Shown: positions 18,125 to 28,178 of the stretch, piece after piece | Layout of the letters: each line of letters begins with the position of its first letter | How positions within the stretch are numbered: the stretch's first letter is position 1 | Assembly (NCBI GenBank): GCA_963713925.1 | Contig: OY970212.1 | Span: 832,001 to 896,000 of the forward strand | DNA length: 64,000 bases | Direction: 5' to 3' | Source: an uncultured bacterium | GTDB lineage: Bacteria > Babelota > Babeliae > Babelales > Vermiphilaceae | The notes under the pieces: generated by a model | Seen by the model: only the letters and a program-made list of their open reading frames with translations | Told to the model about the DNA's origin: nothing | The model's database searches: none | Position numbers and translations under genes: made by a program

Positions 18125-20191
18125 ATGTTACACAAATTTGTGAAATCAATGAGCCTCGCTGCTCTTGCGAGCGCGTGTACATTCGTCGGAGTTGTCTCCG
18201 CACGAGTGGTACAACGGTCACAAACCGTTGACGCAGCACGTAACTTGGCAGGATGGACCAACCAAATCAATTTATTTGATATGGGCGGATTATATGGCAG
18301 CTTTGCAATAACCCCTGAATATACTCGTTCGTTCCGTGGTGAACGTCTTGCTGAAGATGTGTTACCAACCAATGGACCTTTGGGCTTCTGCGGACTCACC
18401 AGTCCTTTCACAAGCCCAGTTTGCTTTACCGGATGTAACACAGGCTGCAACACCAACAGTTGCAACTCAAACTGCGACAACAACTGTGAATCATTCTTAG
18501 TGCAAGGTAGCACCGTTGCAAGCCGTGCGCCAAATTCACTTCTTGCCGACTATGCTGGTCTTCCAACTGACTACAGCTCAACAGTAAGAATTTGCCCACG
18601 CATCCAAAACTTCTTAGTTGATTTCAACTTATTCCTCGGCCTTGATGAATGGCTTTGTGGCATGTGGTTCCGCGTTCACGCACCAGTTGTGTACGCAAAA
18701 TGGAATTTGAACTACAATGAAACAGCTGCTGCAGGAACCTTCACTGGGGCATACCCAGCTGGTTACTTTGCTCCTGCCGCAGTCCCAGTCAGCCAATTGA
18801 ACACATCATTCGGTTCATATCTTGCTGGCGCAGTGCCAAACTTATCTGTTCCAACATCACCAGCGACAACTGCCGCAACCTTCCAAGCATTGAGCAACAG
18901 CAGACTCTGCGGATTTAACGGACTCTCCTCATCAACCTGCAATGACAGCTGCTCAAACAGCCGTCATACAACTCGCCTTTCAGACATTGAGTTCGCTCTT
19001 GGCTGGAATTTCTGGCAGGATGAAGATTACCATGTTGGTCTTGGCTTAGTTATTCGTGCTCCTACAGGAAATCGTATCAATGATACATTCTTGTTTGAAC
19101 CAATCGTTGGTAACGGACACCATTGGGAACTTGGTGGCTTGTTCACATCACACTACACCTTCTGGAGAAGCTGCGACTACGATCAAAGCTTCGGCCTCTA
19201 TGTTGATGCATGGATCACCCACTTGTTCAAAACAACCCAATGCCGCTCATTCGACTTGTGCTGCTCCCGTGGTTTGAACAACCGTTATATGTTAGCTGAA
19301 CAATTCACAACAAATAATGCAACAGCATTGACAGGAACACCAGTTGGCGGTGTTGCAACTCTTGCAACAGCAGTGTTCTCAGGTGCATATGCTCCCGTTG
19401 CAAACCTCACCTTCCAAAACGTGAAAGTAAGCGTCCCAGTACAAGCGGACGTGGTTGCAATGTTTAACTACACCAACTGCGGATTCACTTGGGATCTTGG
19501 TTACAACTTCTGGGGCACAAGCTGCGAGAAGATTGAAACCTGCGGAACCAATGTGTTGACCGGCAAAAACTGGGCTCTCAAAGGTGATGCTGAAACCTAC
19601 GGCTTCTCATCGATAGCCCCAGCGCTTTCAACACCTCTCAGCGCAACGGAAACTGGCTCATGCACAGCTCCTAAAGCAACGATTTGCTCAGGAACCAATC
19701 ATGGTAGCCTCTTGAATGCGGGAATTGATAATCCTGCTGTTGCTACTGCTACATTAGGAGGAGTGGTTGGTATTCCTCTTGCTAACGGAGCGGGCACTGA
19801 CGGTATCGAAACCTCAATTCAACCAGTATTCTTAACAGATGCTGACATTGATTTCTGCAGCAACCGTAGCAAGGGCTTGACCCACAAAATCTTCACCCAC
19901 TTTGCATGGACATGGGAAGATTGCGACTGCTACGTTCCATTCTTAGGAATTGGTGGATTTGCTGAATTTGCACAAAAGAGCAACCGTTGCGATAACGACT
20001 GTGGAACAAACTTCTGCAACACTAACTCATGCAATACTAACTTCTGCAATACAAATTCATGCAATACCAACTCGTGCAGCACAAACTCATGCAACACCGG
20101 CTCATGCGGTGAAAACAATAACAACTCATGCCGCAATGGTGCATTCTCGCAATGGGGTATTTGGCTTAAAGGCGGAGTGTCTTTTAACTAA
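18125..20191 (+). CDS. Cys-rich putative OM barrel family protein, paralog 2
   Basis: AAGGAG RBS; closely similar to paralog 1; ends WGIWLKGGVSFN. Confidence 0.8.
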   Translation: MLHKFVKSMSLAALASACTFVGVVSARVVQRSQTVDAARNLAGWTNQINLFDMGGLYGSFAITPEYTRSFRGERLAEDVLPTNGPLGFCGLTSPFTSPVCFTGCNTGCNTNSCNSNCDNNCESFLVQGSTVASRAPNSLLADYAGLPTDYSSTVRICPRIQNFLVDFNLFLGLDEWLCGMWFRVHAPVVYAKWNLNYNETAAAGTFTGAYPAGYFAPAAVPVSQLNTSFGSYLAGAVPNLSVPTSPATTAATFQALSNSRLCGFNGLSSSTCNDSCSNSRHTTRLSDIEFALGWNFWQDEDYHVGLGLVIRAPTGNRINDTFLFEPIVGNGHHWELGGLFTSHYTFWRSCDYDQSFGLYVDAWITHLFKTTQCRSFDLCCSRGLNNRYMLAEQFTTNNATALTGTPVGGVATLATAVFSGAYAPVANLTFQNVKVSVPVQADVVAMFNYTNCGFTWDLGYNFWGTSCEKIETCGTNVLTGKNWALKGDAETYGFSSIAPALSTPLSATETGSCTAPKATICSGTNHGSLLNAGIDNPAVATATLGGVVGIPLANGAGTDGIETSIQPVFLTDADIDFCSNRSKGLTHKIFTHFAWTWEDCDCYVPFLGIGGFAEFAQKSNRCDNDCGTNFCNTNSCNTNFCNTNSCNTNSCSTNSCNTGSCGENNNNSCRNGAFSQWGIWLKGGVSFN
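20000..20107 (+). repeat. Coding CxT[NG][SF] pentapeptide repeats (7 units)
   Basis: CGTNF CNTNS CNTNF CNTNS CNTNS CSTNS CNTGS C. Confidence 0.9.
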
Positions 20192-20220
20192 TCCTCTTTT
20201 TGCGTAAAAACACGAATAAA

Positions 20221-20259
20221 AAAAGCGTGGCTCTGATTTCTCAGAGTCACGCTTTTTTT
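20221..20259 (+). terminator. Intrinsic terminator after paralog 2
   Basis: AAAAGCGTGGCTCTGA-TTTC-TCAGAGTCACGCTTTTTTT. Confidence 0.8.
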
Positions 20260-20266
20260 AAAATGC

Positions 20267-20307
20267 TGGACAAATCAATTTTGAGTCCTATAGACTAGCC
20301 ATCAATA
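20267..20307 (+). promoter_or_regulatory. Putative promoter of paralog 3
   Basis: TGGACA-18 nt-TAGACT...CCATCAATA. Confidence 0.6.
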
Positions 20308-20401
20308 ATGAAGTGATCATGAATGATTGTTCGAGTATGACATTGTGTAACTTGAATAATCATTCGGATATAATCCAATACACAAAAAAAGGAGTGTATG
20401 T

Positions 20402-22351
20402 ATGTTACACAAGTTTGTGAAAGCAATGAGCCTTGCAGCTCTCTGCGCTTGCTTGTTCAACACCAATGCGCACGTTGTTCAGCGTTCGCAAACGGTTGAT
20501 GCCGCACGTAATTTAGTCGGCTGGGAACATGAAATTAACCGCTTTGATGTTGGTGATTCTTATGGTGCTTTTGCCATTACTCCGGAATACACTCAATCAT
20601 TCAACCGTAAAAAAATAGGCCGGGGTATCTTTGGTTCAGCATTCATTTCAAATGATTGCTCAAAAAAGTGTGAATCTGAGTGTGGGACCGTTTCTATACA
20701 GGGTTCAACTGTTCCAAACCGCTCAAGCACTGCTTTACTTGCTGATTACTTTGGCTTGGCTCCTGATTTTGATGGCACGGTTACTGTATGCCCAAAAATT
20801 CAAAACTTCCTTATTGATTTCAACCTCTTTTTAGGGCTTGATAACTGGCTTTGTGGTGCTTGGTTCCGCGTGCAAGCTCCCTTAGTATATGCAAAATGGA
20901 AACTTGATTTCTGCGAAGCGGGAATAGGAACCGATGGATATCCGGCAGGCTATTTTGGGCCGACAGCAGTTGCTAACTCATCGCTCAATCAGTCTTTCTC
21001 CTCATATTTACAAGGCGGAGTACCCAATCTTGGCAGTGTAGTCACCTTTAACCCATTAACAAACAGTAGACTTTGCAGATCTAATTCAAACGGAAACAAT
21101 GGTTCATGTGGAACGAACGGCTCATGTGGCACTTCATGTTTTAATAAAAATGGTGATTGCAAAGATACCTTCCGTCTTTCAGACATTGAATTCGCTCTTG
21201 GCTGGAACTTCTGGCAAGATGAAGATTATCATGTCGGTCTTGGCGTAGTACTTCGTGCTCCGACCGGAAATCGTATTAACGAAACATTCTTGTTCCAACC
21301 AATTGTTGGTAACGGACATCATTGGGAACTTGGTGGCTTGCTTACCACACACTGGACATTCTGGAATGGATGTGATGGTAATCAAAGCTTAGGTATTTAT
21401 GTTGACGCATGGATCACTCACTTATTTAAAGCGAGCCAATGTCGTAGTTTTGACCTCTGCTGCAGAGGGCCATTAAGCCGCTACATGCTTGCAGAAGAAA
21501 TGACCACGAATGTTGTTGATAGCCTTGCCGGAGGAGCAACGACCACTACGCTCACTTCTTCAACCTATCAATTCAATAATATTCTCTCACCAATTGCAAA
21601 CTTCACCTTCCAAAAAGTTGATGTGAGCATTCCGGTGCAAGCAGACGTTGTAGCACTATTGAATTACACTCACTGCGACTTCTCATGGGATATCGGATAC
21701 AACTTCTGGGGCACTTCATGCGAAAAAATCTGCCCATGCAAAAATGTATTTAACAATAACTTAGTTGCACTTAAAGGCGATGCTTCCGTGTATGGATTTG
21801 AACCTGTTGCGGGATCTCCTGCTACCTTTTTCCCTGTTCCATTGGGAGCAACGGAAACAGGCGATTGCTCTGCTCCGCAAGCTACCATCTTTGCCGGAAC
21901 GAACAATGGCAGTGTGGTAAATGCGGGAATTGAGAATGCACAATTGGCCTGGTCGGGTGTTACTGAATTACTGAACACTCCATCATTAGTCACAGGTCTA
22001 CAAACTCACACCTCTATCCAGCCCCAACTGCTTACCAACAACGATGTTGATTATGCCGGTGCTCGTCGCAAGGGCTTAACCCACAAAGTATTTACCAACT
22101 TTAGCTACAGCTGGGAAGATTGTGAATGCTATGTTCCATTCTTGGGAATCGGCGGATTTGCTGAATTTGCGCAAGGTGGAAATGGTTGCTGTGATAATGA
22201 TTGTGAATCATCATGCAATCCATGCATTGTAACATCCCCAAGCTGTGTTCCTGCCTGCAGCAGAAATAATACCTGCGATTTGGGCATTGCTTGCTCAAAC
22301 GGAGCATTCTCACAATGGGGTATCTGGCTTAAGGGTGGATTTGCATTCTAA
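20402..22351 (+). CDS. Cys-rich putative OM barrel family protein, paralog 3
   Basis: AAGGAG RBS; same conserved blocks; ends WLKGGFAF. Confidence 0.8.
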   Translation: MLHKFVKAMSLAALCACLFNTNAHVVQRSQTVDAARNLVGWEHEINRFDVGDSYGAFAITPEYTQSFNRKKIGRGIFGSAFISNDCSKKCESECGTVSIQGSTVPNRSSTALLADYFGLAPDFDGTVTVCPKIQNFLIDFNLFLGLDNWLCGAWFRVQAPLVYAKWKLDFCEAGIGTDGYPAGYFGPTAVANSSLNQSFSSYLQGGVPNLGSVVTFNPLTNSRLCRSNSNGNNGSCGTNGSCGTSCFNKNGDCKDTFRLSDIEFALGWNFWQDEDYHVGLGVVLRAPTGNRINETFLFQPIVGNGHHWELGGLLTTHWTFWNGCDGNQSLGIYVDAWITHLFKASQCRSFDLCCRGPLSRYMLAEEMTTNVVDSLAGGATTTTLTSSTYQFNNILSPIANFTFQKVDVSIPVQADVVALLNYTHCDFSWDIGYNFWGTSCEKICPCKNVFNNNLVALKGDASVYGFEPVAGSPATFFPVPLGATETGDCSAPQATIFAGTNNGSVVNAGIENAQLAWSGVTELLNTPSLVTGLQTHTSIQPQLLTNNDVDYAGARRKGLTHKVFTNFSYSWEDCECYVPFLGIGGFAEFAQGGNGCCDNDCESSCNPCIVTSPSCVPACSRNNTCDLGIACSNGAFSQWGIWLKGGFAF

Positions 22352-22403
22352 AATAAAGACTTGCAGTCGTTATTTTAGAAAAAATTCGAACTTAACAAAA
22401 TCA

Positions 22404-22440
22404 AAAGGGACTCGAAGAAATTCGAGTCCCTTCTTTTTTT
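22404..22440 (+). terminator. Intrinsic terminator after paralog 3
   Basis: AAGGGACTCGAA-GAAA-TTCGAGTCCCTT followed by a T-run. Confidence 0.8.
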
Positions 22441-22541
22441 AAACTCTTGTGCATTATTTAATACTCTAGCTACAGTTATGCAAAGATAGTATGAACATAC
22501 CCCACATTACACATGGGGGCCCCATATGAAAGGAAATAGCC

Positions 22542-24578
22542 ATGATGCAGCTTGCATACCGCACCTTTAAAAAACTTGTTCTTGTCGGTGCTTTTTGCAT
22601 GACGAGCATAAGTTTTGCTCACATTTTAATGCGTTCACAAAGTGTCGATTCCGCACGTGAGCTTGCTGGTTGGGCACATAAGGTGAATCTTTTTGCCGCT
22701 GATGCATGCGACTGGTATGGCACCTTTGCCGTCACTGCAGAATACGCACAATCATTCAACTCAAAGAAAATCGCGCGCTGTCTTTTTGGGGATAGTTTAA
22801 TAAACAGCTCATGCAGCAATGATTTTTCTTGTGCGCAAGTGAATGTTTCAGGAAGCCGCGTTGCCAACAGAGGAAACAAAGATCTGCTGGCCGATTATTT
22901 CGGATTACCTACCGACTTTCAAAGCGCATTCTCAATCAAACCGACGGTACGAAGCTTTATTGTTGATTTTGATTTTTACTTTGGGCTCGACCGCTGGATG
23001 TCCGGCTCATGGTTCAGAATTCATGCGCCAATCGTATACACTGATTGGAAATTGAATTTACATGAATCAGTCTTGAATGAAGGCGTCAACCCTTATGTTG
23101 AAGGCTATTTCTCACCTGTTGCAGTTGCGCGAGGTAATTTAAACACAAGCTTCTCCAGTTATTTAGCGGGAGCAGCTCCAACATTAACGGGCAATGGAAC
23201 ATTTGATCCAATATTTCTACCACTCGAGCACATGCGTGTTCCGGAAGGCACCGTAACAAACGGACTCAACCATGTTCCTGGGTCGTGTAATGGAAAAGGT
23301 TTACATACAACGAAACTTTCCGATATCCAAGCCGTGCTTGGCTGGAACTTTTGGCAAAATGAAGATTATCATGTTGGAGTAGGGGCTCGCATTTCCATTC
23401 CAACCGGCACACAAATTAAGGATTTTTTCCTTTTCCAGCCAATCGTGGGTAACGGACACCATTTTGAAGCTGGTGGTATGTTCACCTCACACTACACATT
23501 CTGGCGCAGCTGCGATGAAGATAGAAGCATGGGTATCTATGTTGACGCGAACATAACACATCTTTTTGACACAAAACAATGTCGTTCATTTGATCTTTGC
23601 GGACATGGCGACAACAGCCGTTATATGTTGGCAATGCAATTAAACTCTCCGTATCGAGACGCCAATGGTGCCTTTGCCGGATATGCGCTCACCGGAAATC
23701 CTGAAGGAGCGACACCTCCTGCATATATTGCTCCGGCTACTGGTTACACCCGGGCTCAAGCCGCATTTGACGGCATCTTTGCGCCCGTTGCAAATATTGC
23801 CTTCGGCGCTGTGAATGTCAATATTCCGGTGCAGGCAGATGTAACGGTGATGTTTAATTATAAGCAATGTGGCTTTGAATTTGATCTTGGTTACAACCTC
23901 TGGGCGACAACCTGCGAACAAATAAACTTCATCGACAATTGCCCGATCATCTGTCCACAAACATGGGCTCTCAAAGGCGATGCGCATGTGTATGGATTTG
24001 ATGTTTCAGCTTCTCCGGTGGTTGCGGGTGCCGTTCCATTATCAGCAACAGAAAGCGAAGCAACTATTTTCTCGGGTACCAATTATGTTGCCGGAAACAC
24101 CATTGCTCAAGCACAGACCAATATCGGCATCGATCATCCCCAATTTGCCTATGGAGACAGCACCAATATCAACAGTACTTTAATCCCAGGACGCGCCCTG
24201 TTTGCCACAAGCGCAAACCCACAACCAGCAATCTTGGCACAGACAAACACCTCAATCCAACCGATATTTCTTTCCGACTGCGATCTTGACATTGCCGGCG
24301 CACGAGCACGTGGACTTACCAACAAAATTTTCACCCATATAAGCTATACATGGGAAGATTGTTGTCTATCACCCTATTTTGGGATTGGTGGAAAAGCTGA
24401 GTTTGCGCAAAACAATGCAAACAAGTGTGGAAATGGCTGCAACGTCGTTTCAAATGAATCAATCTGCGATCAAGTGAACACCTGTTTTGCTGGATGTAAT
24501 GATGATTGTGGCGCATCCTGTGCGCGATGCAATCTCTCGGAATGGGGTATTTGGTTAAAGGGAGGAATTTCTTTTTAA
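22542..24578 (+). CDS. Cys-rich putative OM barrel family protein, paralog 4
   Basis: Same conserved blocks; ends WLKGGISF. Confidence 0.8.
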   Translation: MMQLAYRTFKKLVLVGAFCMTSISFAHILMRSQSVDSARELAGWAHKVNLFAADACDWYGTFAVTAEYAQSFNSKKIARCLFGDSLINSSCSNDFSCAQVNVSGSRVANRGNKDLLADYFGLPTDFQSAFSIKPTVRSFIVDFDFYFGLDRWMSGSWFRIHAPIVYTDWKLNLHESVLNEGVNPYVEGYFSPVAVARGNLNTSFSSYLAGAAPTLTGNGTFDPIFLPLEHMRVPEGTVTNGLNHVPGSCNGKGLHTTKLSDIQAVLGWNFWQNEDYHVGVGARISIPTGTQIKDFFLFQPIVGNGHHFEAGGMFTSHYTFWRSCDEDRSMGIYVDANITHLFDTKQCRSFDLCGHGDNSRYMLAMQLNSPYRDANGAFAGYALTGNPEGATPPAYIAPATGYTRAQAAFDGIFAPVANIAFGAVNVNIPVQADVTVMFNYKQCGFEFDLGYNLWATTCEQINFIDNCPIICPQTWALKGDAHVYGFDVSASPVVAGAVPLSATESEATIFSGTNYVAGNTIAQAQTNIGIDHPQFAYGDSTNINSTLIPGRALFATSANPQPAILAQTNTSIQPIFLSDCDLDIAGARARGLTNKIFTHISYTWEDCCLSPYFGIGGKAEFAQNNANKCGNGCNVVSNESICDQVNTCFAGCNDDCGASCARCNLSEWGIWLKGGISF

Positions 24579-24617
24579 ATCGCAATGCGATTTAAAAGAT
24601 ATAATCGGAATTTTATT

Positions 24618-24647
24618 AAGAGGGCTTGCATTGCGAGCCCTCTCTTT
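24618..24647. terminator. Terminator between convergent genes
   Basis: GAGAGGGCTTGC-ATT-GCGAGCCCTCTC followed by TTTT. Confidence 0.7.
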
Positions 24648-25516
24648 TAATTCAGTGCGTATGTCTCTAACGATCCTTGCAGCCAGAGCAATCCGCCCAC
24701 TTGCTTGCCCGGAACGAGTTTTATTTTGAGGTTCGTTGAAGCGATAAATGTATCGATGCTGAATTCAGGAGTAAGTGAAATCGTTACGATGAACCCTGCT
24801 ATCGGACCAAGCTTATATTCGTGAACATCCAAAATTTTTCCGATAAAGTTAATCTCATCCGGTTCATCTGCAGGGAAATATCCACAAAAATCTTTGCCAA
24901 ATGATGGCCGCATCTTTTTACCGCCCAAATCAATTTCAGGGGATTGTACTTTGGCATTTATTTCTTCCGCATCAAAATCTTGCAAGGTGTATGCAAAGCC
25001 AACAATGTTGACGAAAATGTTTTCCTCTTTCTTATATCTTTTTTTGTTTTGGGCATAATCGGTTGCAAAAAAGCTCAGTGCGCAACCGCTCTCATGAACA
25101 ACATTCACCACAGCTTCTTTTTTATCCGTGTGTGACCATTGCGTAATAAGCTTTGTTTTCATTTTTTCTACCGAATCATTCTTCCAATAGGGAAATGCCG
25201 GAACAACCTTTTTGCCCGATATAATGGCACGTATAAAAGATCCCTCAACCAAGAATGTGTGATAATCGACTTGTATTTGTTTGCCTGCTTTTAAGTCTTC
25301 ATTTATAAGAGCAGTTCTTTCTTTTTGTGGCATCTCCCGTGAAAACACAACAAGCCAATGTTTCATGTGTGAGCCTTTGTCTGTGCTGACTCTTTTAACT
25401 CTACTTGATGGAAACCAGCCGCGTTCTTCATAAAATTTATAAAATCCGTATAAAACGGCACAGATGACAACCGGCCCAAAAAGAAGGTCTTTAAAATCCT
25501 CAAAACTCACGCTCAC
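24647..25516 (-). CDS. Hypothetical membrane-anchored protein
   Basis: 289 aa, AGGAG RBS, N-terminal TM segment, beta-rich C-terminus ending WLQG. Confidence 0.65.
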   Translation of the reverse strand: MSVSFEDFKDLLFGPVVICAVLYGFYKFYEERGWFPSSRVKRVSTDKGSHMKHWLVVFSREMPQKERTALINEDLKAGKQIQVDYHTFLVEGSFIRAIISGKKVVPAFPYWKNDSVEKMKTKLITQWSHTDKKEAVVNVVHESGCALSFFATDYAQNKKRYKKEENIFVNIVGFAYTLQDFDAEEINAKVQSPEIDLGGKKMRPSFGKDFCGYFPADEPDEINFIGKILDVHEYKLGPIAGFIVTISLTPEFSIDTFIASTNLKIKLVPGKQVGGLLWLQGSLETYALN

Positions 25517-25603
25517 TCCTTACAAATACATGATCTGTTACATAAAAGTGATGACAGATTACCATGATGTGCTTGTAAGTCGAGGATTTTGATTATTTCG
25601 CGA

Positions 25604-25984
25604 TTAGCCTAAGGCATCCGCCATCGTTATCGTAAATGTACCTGTATCATCTTGTACGATTGTTACGTATCTCGGTCTTTTTTCACAAACAATCTTCCAT
25701 TGCTTCAACAAGTCGACCAATTGCCCGATAGAGCATTCCATTCCTCCATCATATGGATCATCCATATGCTTACGCCCCATTATTATCCGATTTCCCAGCT
25801 TCTCAAGAATCGTGTAATTGCTCCGCATGGTATGAATTTCGGGATTGAGAAGACTCGAAATGGCATTATCAGGAGATAACCCCCAATCATCATTCAGAAA
25901 AAAATAGACTAAATTCAATCCAGCGTCTCCTGAATCCTTAGAATCGTAGCCTAATACTGATTGTTTTAAATATAAAATTTTCAT
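25604..25984 (-). CDS. Hypothetical small protein, possibly orphan immunity-like
   Basis: ~126-aa soluble ORF without a signal peptide. Confidence 0.55.
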   Translation of the reverse strand: MKILYLKQSVLGYDSKDSGDAGLNLVYFFLNDDWGLSPDNAISSLLNPEIHTMRSNYTILEKLGNRIIMGRKHMDDPYDGGMECSIGQLVDLLKQWKIVCEKRPRYVTIVQDDTGTFTITMADALG

Positions 25985-26184
25985 TGCAAATTCCCGACTC
26001 AAATCCATTAAAAAAAAGAATTGTCGAGATAAAGATGAGTCGCATGCTTTCTCCTTGTATGTATTTATTGCCCAAAATATAACTCGGTTTGAATGAAATG
26101 TCTTTTTCTTGAAACACCGAAATTGAAGTTGTTAGAGTAAACATCGTGCGATCTTAAAATCGCTTTTTTCAGTGAGGGTAAGTT

Positions 26185-28122
26185 ATGATGATGAAAAAAA
26201 TAAAAATAAGCCTTTTTCTTATAAGTTCTTGCATGTTCACGCAGGCATATAGCTCATTGGCCCATCGCTCTCAGACGGTTGATCTCGCGCGTTATATGGT
26301 TGGCTGGGCAAATCAGGTCTATCTTCCTGATGCCGACTATTTTAATTTCAGCTTCGCCGTTATCCCGCAATTTCGACAAACCGTTAGTGAACATCGCGTC
26401 GCGCGCACCCTATTTGGAGACGATTGTCTTACACAGCAGTGCTGTCCGACAATCACGATTTCCGGAAGCACTGTTTCCGGACGTAATGCAACCGATTGGC
26501 TCGCTGATTATTTTGGACTTCCAACCGATTATCAAAGTACGGTAAAGTTTAAGCCGAACATCGATGAATTTATTTTTGATATGTCACTTTATATCGGACT
26601 CGATAGAATTTTATCCGGATTATTTGTGCGCTTACAATCGCCGCTCGTTGCACAACGAACGAAGTTGCATGCTTCTGAAACTATTATAAATTCGGGCGCT
26701 CTACGCTCCAACACGAGCCCAAGCTTATGCCCGCAGTATCCCGCCGGATATTTTGCTCCCGAAGCCGTCGATTGCTTCTACTTAAATAAAACATTCACGC
26801 GATATATTGGCCTTCATCAAGCACCACTGCTCTCGCTTGACGGAGTTCCCGTGTTTGAACCACTCGTCTACGGCAAATGGGGGGTTCCTTGCTTTGAAAA
26901 ACTTGAACGAACTGATTTTAGTGATTTAGAAATCATTCCCGGATGGAATTTTTTACTCTCCGATCATTATCATTTAGGCCTCGGCGCAGTAATTCGAGCA
27001 CCAATTGGCAATAGTTTGACGGGAGAATTCTTGTTTGAAAATGTTGTCGGAAACGGAAGACACTGGGAACTAGGAGGGTTGCTGACAGGTTCATGGAGAT
27101 TCTGGAACGATGACGAACGTGAACGCACCGTTATGTTGTGGGTCGAAGCAACCATCACTCATCTATTTGCTGCGCATCAATGTCGCGTATTTGGTCTCAA
27201 GAATCACGGTTGTTCAAGCCAATACATGCTCGCTCAGCTCATGGAACCAACCACTAATGAATTTTTATTTGCCAACGGTTCAAACACGCCGGGCGGTCCC
27301 ACGATTGCAACCGTACAACCAAATTTTCAAACCGGTGGGCTATTTACCGCCGTTGCTAATTTAACTCGCACGAAAGTGTGCGTTCGCAATGATTTGCAAG
27401 CAGATGTTGCAGCAATGATGTCATTCATCCAAGGCGGCTTTGAATTTGATTGGGGATACGAATTTTGGTGTAAAACGAAAGAAAAATTGTGCGTACAATC
27501 ACAAGCATTTACCACGAAGCAGTGGGCATTAAAAGGTGATGCATTTGTGTATGGATTTGGCGCAACTGATGCAGTGACTGGCGCCAATGCAATTATTCCG
27601 CTTTCGGCAACACAAAGCACTGCCACGATTCACGCAGGCAACAACCGACCAATCGGCGCACCGGTCATCACCTCTGGAACAAACAACCAACAAACAAATC
27701 CGGGCATTGACAATCCGGAATTTGGAGTCACCTCAACAATCATTGCTAACACAACTGATCGCATTGTTTATCAACCGGGGCTCACTGCAACCGATCTCAA
27801 CCAACAAAGAACTTCTTTACAACCCGTTCTTTTGAGCAACGATGATGTTGATTACAGTGGCATTCCGGGAGTTTGCTCGCACAAAGTGTTCGCCAATATT
27901 AGTTATGCACTTGATATGGAATGTGTGCAACCCTATGTTGGCATCGGCGGGTATTATGAATTTGGGCGCAATTTAAAAGAAAAATCAAAAGAAGCCTGTT
28001 TGGAATGTTGCTCACCGGTACTTACCTGTTCGCCGAATATTTTTCAAAACGAGCGCACAAATAAACGCGTAGATGCACTGTCGGCATGGAGCTTGTGGTT
28101 GAAGGCTGGAATTTCATATTAA
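26185..28122 (+). CDS. Cys-rich putative OM barrel family protein, paralog 5 (divergent)
   Basis: RSQTVDLAR..GW, LADYFGLPTDY, GNGRHWELGG, ALKGDA; ends WLKAGISY. Confidence 0.8.
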   Translation: MMMKKIKISLFLISSCMFTQAYSSLAHRSQTVDLARYMVGWANQVYLPDADYFNFSFAVIPQFRQTVSEHRVARTLFGDDCLTQQCCPTITISGSTVSGRNATDWLADYFGLPTDYQSTVKFKPNIDEFIFDMSLYIGLDRILSGLFVRLQSPLVAQRTKLHASETIINSGALRSNTSPSLCPQYPAGYFAPEAVDCFYLNKTFTRYIGLHQAPLLSLDGVPVFEPLVYGKWGVPCFEKLERTDFSDLEIIPGWNFLLSDHYHLGLGAVIRAPIGNSLTGEFLFENVVGNGRHWELGGLLTGSWRFWNDDERERTVMLWVEATITHLFAAHQCRVFGLKNHGCSSQYMLAQLMEPTTNEFLFANGSNTPGGPTIATVQPNFQTGGLFTAVANLTRTKVCVRNDLQADVAAMMSFIQGGFEFDWGYEFWCKTKEKLCVQSQAFTTKQWALKGDAFVYGFGATDAVTGANAIIPLSATQSTATIHAGNNRPIGAPVITSGTNNQQTNPGIDNPEFGVTSTIIANTTDRIVYQPGLTATDLNQQRTSLQPVLLSNDDVDYSGIPGVCSHKVFANISYALDMECVQPYVGIGGYYEFGRNLKEKSKEACLECCSPVLTCSPNIFQNERTNKRVDALSAWSLWLKAGISY

Positions 28123-28178
28123 GTTTTGCGAGCGAAAATGTGGAAGACTATTTTTGAGTAGTAAATAAAGGGCTACAA

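Noticed and set aside
17500..20107. Periodic 15-nt repeats as a CRISPR array
   Set aside because: They are in-frame coding repeats with synonymous variation, no spacers and no cas genes.
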